Shown here one piece after another: positions 17,978-30,961 of a stretch of 64,000 nt of DNA (positions within the stretch are counted from its first letter, which is position 1; each line of letters starts with the position of its first letter). The notes below the pieces were generated by a model that had not been told where the DNA came from, made no database searches, and worked only from the letters and a program-made list of their open reading frames with translations. The position numbers and the translations under genes are program-made. The DNA comes from an uncultured Gammaproteobacteria bacterium (lineage in GTDB: Bacteria > Patescibacteriota > Microgenomatia > Woykebacterales > RBG-16-39-9b), in assembly GCA_964367355.1 (NCBI GenBank), contig CAYIWY010000005.1, positions 19,133 through 83,132 of the forward strand. The letters run 5' to 3'.

Positions 17978-17993
17978 GGTTTTAGAAAAAGGG

Positions 17994-20516
17994 TTAGTTT
18001 TTAGTTTTTCTTTTAGATTTCTCATCTTGTTTTGGTTCTTTACGAATTGTGGTCACCGCTGCCACTGAATCATCTTTTTTCGCTAACCGTATCAAAATCA
18101 CACCTTGAGTCTGCCTGGTCAAGAGTGGAATGTCTTTCAGAGGAAGCTTGATGACTTGGCCGCCTTTCGAAGTTATAATCACATCCTGATCTTCTTTGGA
18201 GAGGACCCGGGCAGCCATAACTTTACCAGTTCTCGCTGTTACATCTGCTGCTTTGACCCCGCTGCCGGAGCGTTTTTGCATTGGCCAGTCTGAAATTTTA
18301 CTTTTTTTGCCAAGTCCGTTTTCGGTTACAACCAAGAGTTCTCCTTCGCTAGGTGCGATATCAGCACAGATAACCTCGTCATCTTTACCGAGTCGTATTC
18401 CCATAACACCGGCAGTAGCGCGGCCCATGGAACGAACATCGTTTTCAGAATAACGAATTGACTGACCCTTCCTGGTTGCCATAATTATCGAGTCCTTACC
18501 GCTGGTTAAATTTACAAAATTTAGACTATCGCCCGAACTCAAATTGATGGCGATAATTCCGCTTCGTCTAATATTGGCAAATTCCAGAAGGTTAGTTTTC
18601 TTGACCACGCCTTTTTTAGTTCCCATGAAGACGAATCCGGATTTCACTGACTTAGGGACATTGAACATGGAAGTTACCAGCTCACCCTGCTCAATGTTTA
18701 TTAAGTTGATAATTGCCTGCCCTTTTGAAATTCTTGACCCCTCAGGAAGTTCGTATACTTTAATTTGGAAAACGCTACCTTTATTGGTAAAGAACATCAT
18801 ATTGTCATGAGTATTGGCAAGATAAAGAGCCGAAATCCCATCCTCGTCCTTTAAGGTAGCTCCAGTAACCCCCTTTCCACCGCGTTGTTGAGTGCGGAAA
18901 GTATCGATTGGGGATCTTTTGATATAGCCGGTTTCTGTGACCGTGACAATGACATTTTCTGAAGGGATTAAATCTTCTTCTGAGAAATCGCCGATTGCTT
19001 GTTTATAAACTCTGGTTCGTCTGTCGTCGCCGTATTTTTCCTTTAGCTCTTTAAGTTCTACCTCAATCACCGCCAGAATTTTCTTTGGGTGCGCGAGTAA
19101 ATCTTCCAGATAATCAATATTTTTCAAAACCTCTTTGTACTCGTCCTCGATTTTTTTACGCTCTAGGGCTGCCAACCGGCGCAGCTGCATATCCAAAATC
19201 GCCTGCGACTGAATTTCTGACAATTTAAAACGGGTCATTAAGTTGATTTTGGCGTTGTCAGCGTCAGAGGATTCTCTGATCGTTTTGATTACCTCATCAA
19301 GGTGATCTAAGGCAATTTTTAAGCCTTCGAGAATGTGCGCGCGCGCGCGAGCTTGGTCCAGCTCAAACTGAGTTCTTTTGGTAACAACGTCTTGGCGATG
19401 ACGAATATATTCCGTCAAGATTTGTTTCAGTGTCAAAGTTTGCGGCGTTCCATCAACCAAAGCCACCATATTGACGTTAAAGGCCATCTGCATACTGGTG
19501 TGTTTAAAGAGTTGGTTAAGTAGGTTTTGCGCCCGAGCGTCTCGTTTTAGCTCGACAACTATCCTCATTCCACTGCGATCAGATTCGTCACGCAAATCTG
19601 AAATTCCTTCAAGTTTTTTGTCCTTTACTAGCGCGGCTATTCGGGAAATAAGTTGAGATTTATTAACCTGAAATGGTATTTCAGTCACGATAATTTTGAA
19701 GCGATTGGTCTTGTCTTCTTCAATCTCGGCCTTGGCCCGCATCACGATCCGACCCTTACCGGTGGCGTAAGCGGCAATAATTTCGTTGATATCAAAAATT
19801 GCTCCGCCAGTTGGAAAGTCTGGGCCTTTGATAAACTGCATTAATTCTTCCAACGGGCTTTCCGGGTTTTCGATCAAATGTATGATGGCATCACAGATCT
19901 CGTTTAAATTGTGAGGGGGAATATTGGTCGCCATTCCGACCGCGATTCCGCTTCCTCCCGAAAGCAGTAAATTTGGCAGTTTGCCTGGTAAGTACACTGG
20001 TTCTTTTCTGGTGGCGTCAAAGTTATCAATCCAGGAAACAGTGTTTTTATCAATATCTGCCAAAAGTTCATCGGAAATTTTTGCCATTCTAGCTTCGGTG
20101 TAGCGCATTGCCGCGGGTGGATCACCGTCAATACTCCCAAAGTTACCTTGTCCATCAACTAGTGGGTAACGCATCGCAAAGTCTTGGGCGAGACGAACCA
20201 TAGCGTCATAAACCGGACCGTCCCCATGAGGGTGGTATTTACCCAACACCTCTCCGACAACAGTCGCACTTTTTCGGTATTTGGCACTGTGAGTTAATCC
20301 GATTTCGTTCATAGCGAAGAGAATACGGCGGTGAACCGGTTTCAAGCCATCTTTGACATCCGGCAAAGCACGAGCGACGATGACACTCATCGCGTAGTTG
20401 AGGTAACTTGTTTTCATTTCCTCGACTATTTGCACGTCTTTGAGACGACCAATGTCGTTGTTATCAGTCGGTTCGTTATTAACTTGTTCTTCGTTTTCTA
20501 TTTCTTGTTCGTCCAT
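17994..20516 (-). CDS. gyrA: DNA gyrase subunit A
   Basis: [15 protein letters not shown], GyrA box QQRGGKG. Confidence 0.98.
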   Translation of the reverse strand: MDEQEIENEEQVNNEPTDNNDIGRLKDVQIVEEMKTSYLNYAMSVIVARALPDVKDGLKPVHRRILFAMNEIGLTHSAKYRKSATVVGEVLGKYHPHGDGPVYDAMVRLAQDFAMRYPLVDGQGNFGSIDGDPPAAMRYTEARMAKISDELLADIDKNTVSWIDNFDATRKEPVYLPGKLPNLLLSGGSGIAVGMATNIPPHNLNEICDAIIHLIENPESPLEELMQFIKGPDFPTGGAIFDINEIIAAYATGKGRIVMRAKAEIEEDKTNRFKIIVTEIPFQVNKSQLISRIAALVKDKKLEGISDLRDESDRSGMRIVVELKRDARAQNLLNQLFKHTSMQMAFNVNMVALVDGTPQTLTLKQILTEYIRHRQDVVTKRTQFELDQARARAHILEGLKIALDHLDEVIKTIRESSDADNAKINLMTRFKLSEIQSQAILDMQLRRLAALERKKIEDEYKEVLKNIDYLEDLLAHPKKILAVIEVELKELKEKYGDDRRTRVYKQAIGDFSEEDLIPSENVIVTVTETGYIKRSPIDTFRTQQRGGKGVTGATLKDEDGISALYLANTHDNMMFFTNKGSVFQIKVYELPEGSRISKGQAIINLINIEQGELVTSMFNVPKSVKSGFVFMGTKKGVVKKTNLLEFANIRRSGIIAINLSSGDSLNFVNLTSGKDSIIMATRKGQSIRYSENDVRSMGRATAGVMGIRLGKDDEVICADIAPSEGELLVVTENGLGKKSKISDWPMQKRSGSGVKAADVTARTGKVMAARVLSKEDQDVIITSKGGQVIKLPLKDIPLLTRQTQGVILIRLAKKDDSVAAVTTIRKEPKQDEKSKRKTKN

Positions 20517-20575
20517 AAATTCTTACTATCTTCCGAGATTGCTTTATTTATATGACGCTTTGTGGCATATATTTC

Positions 20576-22705
<2,130 letters not shown>

Positions 22706-22813
22706 TTAGAAAACTAAAATAACTTCCCAATACTAAGGGAAGAGAGAGCCTGTAATATACTAGCAGAACTTAAGGATCTCTGGCAAGCTTGACCATTTTT
22801 GATACTTAAAACC

Positions 22814-23440
22814 TCAGATTTTAGGAACCTCTAAAGCTAAAATAAGTTCGATTAGCTTTTTGTTCACCAAAGATTTTTCCGCTTTTACCATTTTTAGGAG
22901 CAATTTATTGTAACGATGGACAATTCTTATTTTATTATTCCCTTTGGCAACAAGGTCTTTCAGTATATTTTCCCAAAATAAAATATAATCCTCCCTTCTG
23001 GAAGTCTCTAACAAATTGATTTTTTCACTTAAAGTTTTTTGGGCTAAATTTTCCCAGAGTGTTCGACTCTCATTACTTAAAATTTCCATCGATAAGTTTA
23101 CTTCTGTAAGTCGGCTAGAAACTGTCGGCAGCAAGGTGTCACGACTTTCAGCAGTCAATATTATTTGCACAGTCGCAACGGGTTCCTCCAATAGTTTCAG
23201 AAGGGCGTTTTGAGCCTCTTTGGTTAATTTTGAAGCTTCAAGAATAATAATAGAGGTTACTCGACTGTTTATAGGTTTGTGTGAAGCTTCAGTGACTACA
23301 GATCGTGCAACTTCAATTCCCCGGCTCTCAGTAGTATCAAAAACTTTGGTATCAAATTGGCTTGATTGTTCCAGCGCAATTTCTTTTGCTTTCAGCTGTC
23401 TTGATTCTTGGTTTCCGCTACTAATTAAGATTGATCGCAT
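22814..23440 (-). CDS. holB: DNA polymerase III delta-prime-like clamp loader subunit (short)
   Basis: EAQNALLKLLEEP and LLPTVSSR motifs. Confidence 0.75.
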   Translation of the reverse strand: MRSILISSGNQESRQLKAKEIALEQSSQFDTKVFDTTESRGIEVARSVVTEASHKPINSRVTSIIILEASKLTKEAQNALLKLLEEPVATVQIILTAESRDTLLPTVSSRLTEVNLSMEILSNESRTLWENLAQKTLSEKINLLETSRREDYILFWENILKDLVAKGNNKIRIVHRYNKLLLKMVKAEKSLVNKKLIELILALEVPKI

Positions 23441-23532
23441 AATATTTTAAGTCTAAACCTTAATTGACATTATAACAGCAGCCGTACTAAAATAAATTGT
23501 TAGTACTAATAATTACAACAAAAACTGCCTAA

Positions 23533-25299
23533 ATGGACACCGTCAATAAAAGCATTGAAGATTTACTCTTCGAAAAGAAAAAAATAACCACTGAGAATCG
23601 TTCACTGATCAAACTTGAATCAGTCAACACTGGCAAAACTCCTGAAGACATCATCAAAGAACACAATTTTGTTTCATCTGAGGATTTGATTGCCGCTCGT
23701 GGTGAGATGATGGGAGTCTCTTTTGTAAATCCCACATCAAAGCCGATTTCAAGTGAAGTACTTTCCCTCATTCCCGAACCAGCGGCCCGTCGCTATATTT
23801 TAATTCCTTTCGACCTTTCCCCCGAGGGGGTTTTATCAGTTGCCATGGCTGATCCGTTGGATTTGCAGGTGGTGGAATTTATCGAAAGAAAAAGTCGCAG
23901 GCGAATCAAGACCTTTATTTCTTCACCGGGTTTAATTACAGCGGCAATTTCCGATCAATATGCCCAAAGTTTGACGACGAGTGTCACCGCGGCGGTTGAA
24001 GAAGCCTCGCCGGTTGAGGTTAAGGAAACCCTCAAGGATTTAGATAAAGTTGAGGAAGTTATTAAGGAGGCTCCGGTTGCCAAAATTGTCGCCACTTTAC
24101 TCGAATACGCCATGAAAGGTCGGGCGTCCGATATTCATATTGAACCACAAGAAGATAAAACCAGGGTTCGCTATCGGATTGATGGTGTTTTGCAAGAAAG
24201 AGTTGTTTTACCAAAAAAGGTTCATGAAGCTTTAGTTTCACGGGTAAAAATACTTTCCAATCTCAAAATTGACGAAAAACGTATTCCCCAAGATGGCCGT
24301 TTCAGTTTTAAAGTTGGTGAGCAAGCTGTCGATCTGCGTGTTTCTACCCTACCGACTGTCCATGGTGAAAAAATCGTTATGCGACTTCTTCCCAAAGCTG
24401 GCAGCGCTCCAACTTTGGCTCAATTAGGGTTACGTGGTATGGGGTTGAAACTTTTTGAAGAGAATATTTCTAGGCCTAATGGGATTATTTTGATTACCGG
24501 TCCCACTGGTTCAGGAAAAACAACCACACTGTTTGCGGCTTTATCAAAAATAAATTCTCCAAAAGTAAATATTGTAACTTTGGAAGACCCGGTTGAATAT
24601 CAAATTCCCGGAGTCAATCAGGTTCAAATTAACCCAGTGGCTGGGCTTACTTTCGCTTCTGGACTACGGAGTTTTCTCAGGCAAGACCCAAATATTATTA
24701 TGGTCGGTGAGATTCGAGATTCAGAGACAGCGGGTTTGGCGATTCAAGCGGCACTCACCGGGCATTTAGTGTTTTCAACCTTGCATACAAGTAGTTCCGC
24801 TGGTTCCCTGCCGCGTTTGTTGGATATGGGAGCAGAAACCTTCCTGCTCGCCAGTTCGATCAACGCTGTGGTCGCCCAGCGGGTTGTTCGGCAAATTTGT
24901 ACTGATTGCAAAGCCGAATATGATCCACCGGAGATGGTAATTCAAAATATAAAAACGGTTTTAGGAAATTTGACCAATCAAGTTGCCGGCAAAAAGCTTG
25001 ATGAAATTGAAACAAAAGACATCGCAGAAATTTCCGGAACTAAGAAGTTTAAACTATTTAAAGGTAAGGGTTGTGATAAATGTGGCGATTCTGGTTACAG
25101 GGGCCGTGTCGGTTTATTTGAAGTACTAAACATTACCGAGAAGATTGGAAAACTGATTTTGGAAAGAGCGCCAAGTACTGAAATTGAAAATATGGCGATC
25201 GCTGATGGAATGGTAACAATGAAGCAAGATGGTTATCTGAAGGCTTTGGAAGGTTTGTCAACGATTGAGGAAGTAATTCGAGTGGCGCAGGATGCTTAG
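23533..25299 (+). CDS. pilB: Type IV pilus assembly ATPase (GspE/PilB)
   Basis: ASDIHIEP, GPTGSGKTT, LRQDPNIIMVGEIRD, two CxxC. Confidence 0.95.
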   Translation: MDTVNKSIEDLLFEKKKITTENRSLIKLESVNTGKTPEDIIKEHNFVSSEDLIAARGEMMGVSFVNPTSKPISSEVLSLIPEPAARRYILIPFDLSPEGVLSVAMADPLDLQVVEFIERKSRRRIKTFISSPGLITAAISDQYAQSLTTSVTAAVEEASPVEVKETLKDLDKVEEVIKEAPVAKIVATLLEYAMKGRASDIHIEPQEDKTRVRYRIDGVLQERVVLPKKVHEALVSRVKILSNLKIDEKRIPQDGRFSFKVGEQAVDLRVSTLPTVHGEKIVMRLLPKAGSAPTLAQLGLRGMGLKLFEENISRPNGIILITGPTGSGKTTTLFAALSKINSPKVNIVTLEDPVEYQIPGVNQVQINPVAGLTFASGLRSFLRQDPNIIMVGEIRDSETAGLAIQAALTGHLVFSTLHTSSSAGSLPRLLDMGAETFLLASSINAVVAQRVVRQICTDCKAEYDPPEMVIQNIKTVLGNLTNQVAGKKLDEIETKDIAEISGTKKFKLFKGKGCDKCGDSGYRGRVGLFEVLNITEKIGKLILERAPSTEIENMAIADGMVTMKQDGYLKALEGLSTIEEVIRVAQDA

Positions 25300-25323
25300 T
25301 AGCAATTTAAAAATAGTTTAAAG

Positions 25324-25380
25324 TATCGTGCTAAAAATTTGTAATTTTTGAAAAATTAGGATTTTATTATCCGCACGATA
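25324..25380 (+). repeat. 57-bp intergenic hairpin element
   Basis: TATCGTGC-N41-GCACGATA. Confidence 0.65.
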
Positions 25381-25428
25381 TTGCTTTAAAATAAGGAAAT
25401 AAGTAGTTTTTAAGGAAATTTTAAACCT

Positions 25429-26502
25429 ATGGAAATTCAACAAATTTTAGAAGAAGCCCTTAAACGCGGTGCCAGCGATGTTCACTTGATGGTGGGTACT
25501 TACCCGACTTTGAGAATCAACGGTGAGTTGGTCCCAATTGCCAAAACCAACGACCCGACCCCGGAATATATCGAAAAGTTGGTCTTTGGTTTGACCACAG
25601 CTGAGCAAAAAGAACTTTTATTGACCAACAAGGAAATTGATTTTTCTTTTGCACTCGGCGATCTGGCTCGTTTTCGTATTAATGCTTTTTACCAAAAAGG
25701 TTATATTTCAGCTGCCCTGCGTTTGATTCCGGCAAAAATACCAGCTTTGGCGGAACTACACTTGCCAAAAGTTTTTAGTAACTTTTCAAAACTGCGCCAG
25801 GGTTTAATTCTGGTTACTGGTCCAACTGGACATGGTAAATCGACGACGATTGCCTCAATCATCAATGAGATCAACGAGAGCCGCAGCGTTCACATCGTCA
25901 CGGTTGAAGACCCGATTGAGTATGTCTACCCATCCCGAAAATCTTTAATTGCGCAGCGGGAAATGCACCTTGATACTCATAGTTGGGAGATTGCCTTGCG
26001 AAGTGTTCTTCGTGAAGATCCGGACGTAGTGTTAATCGGAGAAATGCGTGACTATGAAACTATCGAAGCTTGTTTGACTATCGCTGAAACCGGACATTTA
26101 GTTTTTGCGACTTTGCATACCAACTCAGCATCGCAAAGTGTCGATCGTATTGTTGGAGTGTTCCCGGAAAACCAACAAGCTCAGATCCAAATGCAGCTTT
26201 CTAACGTAACTGAAGCAGTTATTTCTCAAAGATTAGTTCCGGGGATTCAAGCCGGACGTTACCCAGCGACTGAGGTATTACTTGGTAACGGCGCAGTTCG
26301 AAACGTTGTCCGTGAAGGTAAAACTCACTTATTGGACAATATTATTCAAACTTCCACCGGAAGTGGTATGAACACTATGGAGTTTAGTTTAGCTTCACTG
26401 GTTAAAGAAGGAAAAATTAGTTTGGAAACAGCCTTGAGTTACAGTTTGAAGTCTGAGGATTTGCTGCGAGAAGTGAAACGAATTACTCCAACTAAAGGAT
26501 AA
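25429..26502 (+). CDS. pilT: Type IV pilus retraction ATPase
   Basis: GPTGHGKST, LREDPDVVLIGEMRD, AVRNVVRE. Confidence 0.95.
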   Translation: MEIQQILEEALKRGASDVHLMVGTYPTLRINGELVPIAKTNDPTPEYIEKLVFGLTTAEQKELLLTNKEIDFSFALGDLARFRINAFYQKGYISAALRLIPAKIPALAELHLPKVFSNFSKLRQGLILVTGPTGHGKSTTIASIINEINESRSVHIVTVEDPIEYVYPSRKSLIAQREMHLDTHSWEIALRSVLREDPDVVLIGEMRDYETIEACLTIAETGHLVFATLHTNSASQSVDRIVGVFPENQQAQIQMQLSNVTEAVISQRLVPGIQAGRYPATEVLLGNGAVRNVVREGKTHLLDNIIQTSTGSGMNTMEFSLASLVKEGKISLETALSYSLKSEDLLREVKRITPTKG

Positions 26503-26505
26503 AAT

Positions 26506-27705
26506 ATGCAACAGTTTACTTACATTGTTAAAGATAAGGTCGGCCAAACAAAAAAAGGTCTTATTGAAGCTGTTGATGCCCGAGCTGCTTCGGCAATTTT
26601 GCACGAGAAGGGTTTTGTTGTTATCAAGATCGAGGAAAAGAAAAAAGAATTTAGTTTTTCTTTTGGCGGCGTCAATCTTGGAGCGGTGGCCAACTTTACT
26701 CGTCAACTTTCAACTATGATCGCGTCTGGTTTACCACTTACCGACTCGCTAGTAGTCCTGCAGAAGCAGACTGAAAATAAGGTTCTTCAGGAAATCATTA
26801 CTTCAGTTGCCGATGATATTCAGGGCGGCTCGACCTTTGCCTCTTCTCTAGCCAAACACCCAAAAGCCTTTTCGATTGCCTACATCAACATTGTCAAAGC
26901 CGGAGAATCTTCCGGAACCTTGGATAAAGTACTTTTAAAGCTAGCTGACACAATGGAGAAGGATCGGGAATTTCAGTCGAAAGTCAAAGGTGCCTTTGTC
27001 TATCCAACAATTATTATGATTGCTATGGCGATGGTTATTACAATAATTATGATTTTTGTCGTCCCAAAACTAACTGATTTGTACTCTCAGCTGAATGTTG
27101 ATTTACCCTTGCCCACTAAGATACTGATGTTTTTAAGTAAGTTTATGGTCAATTTTTGGTGGTTGTTAATTATTTTAGGAGTTGGTGCCTCGACTATGCT
27201 GCGACGGTATCGAAAAACTGAAGCTGGGGCACTAGTGATCGATAGAATTATTTTAAAAATACCGATAATGGGTAAACTCAACCGTGATTCTTCTTTGACT
27301 GAATTTACCAGAACGCTGAGCTCTCTGATTGGTGCGGGGGTGCCGATCCTGGAAGGCTTAAAAATTTCCGGTGATGTCGCTGGTAATGCGACTCATAGAT
27401 TGGGAATAAAAAAAGCCGCAGTTTTGGTGGAAAAAGGGACCCCACTTTCCAAAGCAATTGGTCAGGATGATACTTTCCCGGCGATTGTGCCGCAGATGAT
27501 CGCCGTTGGGGAGGAAACTGGAAAAATTGACGAAGTACTAGAGCGTGTTTCCAACTATTTTGATCTTGAGGTTGATCACCAAGTTAAAAATCTAACTGCG
27601 TCACTCGAACCAATTATTATGATTGTCCTAGGTATTATGGTGGCACTTTTGGTAATTTCGATCATCATGCCAATTTACGGTCTCACCTCTTCGTTTGGAA
27701 ACTAG
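26506..27705 (+). CDS. pilC: Type IV pilus platform protein (GspF/PilC)
   Basis: FTRQLSTMI, GESSGTL, VGEETG, LEPIIM. Confidence 0.95.
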   Translation: MQQFTYIVKDKVGQTKKGLIEAVDARAASAILHEKGFVVIKIEEKKKEFSFSFGGVNLGAVANFTRQLSTMIASGLPLTDSLVVLQKQTENKVLQEIITSVADDIQGGSTFASSLAKHPKAFSIAYINIVKAGESSGTLDKVLLKLADTMEKDREFQSKVKGAFVYPTIIMIAMAMVITIIMIFVVPKLTDLYSQLNVDLPLPTKILMFLSKFMVNFWWLLIILGVGASTMLRRYRKTEAGALVIDRIILKIPIMGKLNRDSSLTEFTRTLSSLIGAGVPILEGLKISGDVAGNATHRLGIKKAAVLVEKGTPLSKAIGQDDTFPAIVPQMIAVGEETGKIDEVLERVSNYFDLEVDHQVKNLTASLEPIIMIVLGIMVALLVISIIMPIYGLTSSFGN

Positions 27706-27707
27706 AA

Positions 27708-27822
27708 CTTAATTTTTAATTATTAATTCTTAATTTCTAATCAAATCTTAATGATTAAATGTTTTAAATATTAAAGAATTAGAAATTCATTAAAAATTTT
27801 GAATTAGAAATTGAAAATTTAG
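27708..27822. repeat. AT-rich heptamer-periodic imperfect inverted repeat
   Basis: AATTTCTAAT..ATTAGAAATT arms with 7-nt periodic units. Confidence 0.55.
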
Positions 27823-27825
27823 AGT

Positions 27826-28425
27826 ATGCTAAAAAAATTGCTACTTTTCACCTTCGCGATATTAGTAATTTTAACAATTGGCATAGTTGTGTTTAACCCA
27901 ATTGAGAGAATGCGTGAATCGCGTGATACAACCAGAGTCAATGATTTAACCTCCATAAAAAAAGCGATTGATATCTATATTAACAATAACGCTAAAGATA
28001 TTGCTGCCAATCCTGGATTACTTTGTTCAAACTGTAGTGTCGGAAAAGAAGTCTTTTCCTACCGTTCAATCAAACTTATAGTATCAGTGTCAGACACTGG
28101 TCTAACAACCGTCGAAAAGCATAGTCTCTATGTTAATGCTACTGGTTGGCTTCCGCTCGATTTAGCCCGTAACGCTAGGCTTGGACAGACTCCACTGAAG
28201 GTTTTGCCGCTTGACCCGCTGGAAAAAGGTTACTCTATTCGCACCAAACTACCATTTTTTAGCAAAGAAGAAAACTTTGTCTACACTTATACTGCCGGAA
28301 TCGACAATAAATATAAACTAACTGCTAAGTTGGAGAGTAAAAAAGGCCTCGAAAAAGCAAAAAATGATGGTGGGACGCTCGATGATCGGATTGAAGTCGG
28401 GACAGATCTGACACTTAAACCATGA
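27826..28425 (+). CDS. Pilin-like protein lacking a canonical class III cleavage motif
   Basis: Hydrophobic helix-NP..SRDTTRVNDL..LPLDP..YKLTAKLES. Confidence 0.75.
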   Translation: MLKKLLLFTFAILVILTIGIVVFNPIERMRESRDTTRVNDLTSIKKAIDIYINNNAKDIAANPGLLCSNCSVGKEVFSYRSIKLIVSVSDTGLTTVEKHSLYVNATGWLPLDLARNARLGQTPLKVLPLDPLEKGYSIRTKLPFFSKEENFVYTYTAGIDNKYKLTAKLESKKGLEKAKNDGGTLDDRIEVGTDLTLKP

Positions 28426-28479
28426 TTAGGTCGTTTTGTTTTGTCTCGCTTAACGCAATGCGCGTAAAGCGGATTAAAA

Positions 28480-28660
28480 CCGCCGTTGGATTAGTCAGCG
28501 TCAAGAAAATTGAGTTTTGTAAACTGGTTCCGAAGGAAAATTTTTCAACTGTTTGACGCTTCTTTGAAGAGGAGTTTTGGAAAATTAAGTGAACAAAACG
28601 AGATTTTTAGCTGGAGGATCCAAGGCGGCAGTTTGGTTCAACCTTTGCTGTCAAAGGTTG
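28480..28660 (+). repeat. Dispersed structured repeat, copy 2
   Basis: CCGCC.TTGGAT/ATCCAAGGCGG outer stem and CAACCTTTG/CAAAGGTTG hairpin; colinear with 7734-7889. Confidence 0.6.
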
Positions 28661-28745
28661 CAATAAATAAGAAATTGATTAGAAATTAGTTAAAGCATAA
28701 TACTTGACGCTTGATACCTGATACCAGTCGCTTGATACTTGACAC

Positions 28746-29648
28746 ATGATACTTGATACCCTCTTTATTATATTTATCTTTCTTTTCGGTGCCGCCATCG
28801 GCTCATTCTTAAACGTAGTTATTCTTAGACTTCACTCAGGTAGAACCCTCGGAGGCCGTTCGCAGTGCCCACACTGTCACCACACGCTGGCAACGCTTGA
28901 TTTAATTCCAATCCTAAGTTACCTATTATTATCGGGCAAATGCCGCTATTGCGGCCATAAATTGTCGATCCAATACCCGTTGGTTGAGCTGACCGCAGCG
29001 ATCTTGTTTACAATCGCTTTTCTCTCTTGGGGTCAGGCCGCCTTTGGGTGTCAGACACTCATCCCCCAGTGTCTGACACCGGTCAATCTTTCATCTTTAA
29101 TCTTTAATCTTTTCCTCGTTTCAGTTCTAATCGTCATTTCAGTTTATGATCTTAAGTGGGGTCTGGTTCCCGATAAAATAATACTACCAGCTAGTGTAAT
29201 TGCCTTTGGATATCAATTATTAACCTTTGTCATTGCGAGTGTAACGAAGCAATCTAATTTGTCATCTCGAGGACTCTTAGACGAGAGATCTCAAGGATTT
29301 CTCTCTTCGTTCGAAATGACACTTTTACCCAATCTATTCACTGCCTTTGGTATTGGCTTATTCTTCTTTCTAATAATTCTTTTCACAAAAGGCAAAGGCA
29401 TGGGAGGCGGAGACTTTAAACTAAGCATATTTATAGGACTTGCCTTAGGTTGGCCGCTAGCCTTGGTCGCTGTCTTTTTGGGTTTCTTGACAGGTGCCTT
29501 GGGGGCTGTTATGCTTATATTGTTAGGCAAGAAAAGCTTCAAGCAAACAGTTCCTTTTGGACCGTTTTTAGCTTTAGGAAGCTTGCTTGCAATACTAGTA
29601 GGAAACCAGATTTTGGAATTATATCTGAAATCTATGGGGTTAAAATAA
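28746..29648 (+). CDS. pilD: Prepilin peptidase/N-methyltransferase with two in-frame palindrome insertions
   Basis: GSFLNVVILR, two CxxC, YDLKW, GMGGGDFKL, PFGPFL. Confidence 0.93.
   Translation: MILDTLFIIFIFLFGAAIGSFLNVVILRLHSGRTLGGRSQCPHCHHTLATLDLIPILSYLLLSGKCRYCGHKLSIQYPLVELTAAILFTIAFLSWGQAAFGCQTLIPQCLTPVNLSSLIFNLFLVSVLIVISVYDLKWGLVPDKIILPASVIAFGYQLLTFVIASVTKQSNLSSRGLLDERSQGFLSSFEMTLLPNLFTAFGIGLFFFLIILFTKGKGMGGGDFKLSIFIGLALGWPLALVAVFLGFLTGALGAVMLILLGKKSFKQTVPFGPFLALGSLLAILVGNQILELYLKSMGLK
29228..29321. repeat. Composite palindromic repeat inside pilD
   Basis: TGTCATTGCGAG..AAGCAATC followed by TGTCATCTCGAGG..GAGAGATCTC..CGAAATGACA. Confidence 0.75.
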
Positions 29649-29735
29649 ATACATGTTACACTCTGCCCGAGCGTTAAATAGTATCAAGAATCATGAATCA
29701 AGAATCATGCTTTTGGTACTTTCTTTTTTTTCCTA

Positions 29736-29796
29736 TGTCATCTCGAGGAATATTTTGACGAGAGATCTCTCACTCGCCTACTCGTTCGAGATGACA
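29736..29796. repeat. Intergenic copy of the TGTCATCTCGA palindromic repeat
   Basis: TGTCATCTCGA..TCGAGATGACA ends with a GACGAGAGATCTC core shared with 29260-29321. Confidence 0.8.
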
Positions 29797-29882
29797 CCTG
29801 TTTTCAATTCTGAATTCATAATTGGTACAAATATAAGTCAGCTTATAATTCATAATTCAAATCTGAGAGGGGGTGAGAACGT

Positions 29883-30329
29883 ATGACGGAAAAACTTCGC
29901 TCTCACTTAAAGACTGAAAAGGGTTTTACCCTGATCGAACTGTTGGTCGTAATCGCGATTATCGCTATTTTAGTCGTCATCGTCTTGGTAGCTATCAATC
30001 CATTACAACGAATTAGGGACGCTAATACTCGATCTGCTGGATCTAGTGCACAACAGATTGGAACAGCTACAGCTGCTTGTATAACAAATAGTCTACAAAC
30101 ACTGTCTTTGGCCGCTTCCATAGCTGCTTGTGACGCAACCCCTTGGTCCGAAATGGCTAATTATTCAAACCTATCAGCTCTACCTACGGGTACAACCGTT
30201 GCTGCTATTACGACCGCAGCTGTCAACACAGATATCTGTGTTACATCTACAGTCGGTAACGGAGATCCGCAGTACTTCACATACCTTCGAGGTAGTGTTA
30301 GTGGTACAGCGTGTCCAGCTTCGACCTAG
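29883..30329 (+). CDS. Type IV pilin (probable major pilin)
   Basis: KG|FTLIELLVVIAII; strong GAGGGGGTG SD. Confidence 0.92.
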   Translation: MTEKLRSHLKTEKGFTLIELLVVIAIIAILVVIVLVAINPLQRIRDANTRSAGSSAQQIGTATAACITNSLQTLSLAASIAACDATPWSEMANYSNLSALPTGTTVAAITTAAVNTDICVTSTVGNGDPQYFTYLRGSVSGTACPAST

Positions 30330-30445
30330 TTATGTAGTAATTGGTAACACCCAAATTACTGATTATTATTTAGGGATAGTAATTAGTAACTTATATACGG
30401 ACTAAATTTGAGCTTATACGAGGACGTATTATTAAGAATTAAGAA

Positions 30446-30961
30446 ATGATGAAAAAAATAAATAGCAAAGCGTTTACTTTAATAGAACTCTTGATCGTAA
30501 TTGCAATTATCGGTGTTTTAGTTACTATTGTTGTGGTTGCGATCAATCCAGTAAAATTAATTAACGATGCCAAAGATTCTAGAATGAGAGCTGATTTGAA
30601 TCAAATTAAGGCCGCGATGCAGCTTTATTATAACGATTGTAAAGTTTACCCTACGACAGGCGATTACAACACACTTTATTCAGGAACTTTGTGGAACGGT
30701 ACTGGAGATGCAATTGGAGCCTGTAGTCCTAATGCAACTATCTACATGAGAAGACTTCCAACAGATTCTGCTGGTGGCAACTATCTCTATTCGACTACTT
30801 CAGGCTGTAATAACGGTGTTGGGGGTAATTGTGTAGATTATGTGGTTGGAGCTACACTTTCAACGGTAACGGGTGATGATACTAATACTCAAACAAAATG
30901 CTCCGCTGCAGCCACATCTACTACAGCAAATGCCGGAACATTCAAAGTCTGCAATGACTAA
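30446..30961 (+). CDS. Type IV pilin / GspG-like
   Basis: KA|FTLIELLIVIAII. Confidence 0.9.
   Translation: MMKKINSKAFTLIELLIVIAIIGVLVTIVVVAINPVKLINDAKDSRMRADLNQIKAAMQLYYNDCKVYPTTGDYNTLYSGTLWNGTGDAIGACSPNATIYMRRLPTDSAGGNYLYSTTSGCNNGVGGNCVDYVVGATLSTVTGDDTNTQTKCSAAATSTTANAGTFKVCND

Noticed and set aside
19335-19350. (GC)n run in gyrA
   Set aside because: It simply encodes the conserved ARARAH peptide
29653-29886. 77-aa ORF between pilD and the pilin
   Set aside because: Composed of heptamer tracts and the TGTCATCTCGA palindrome; no SD
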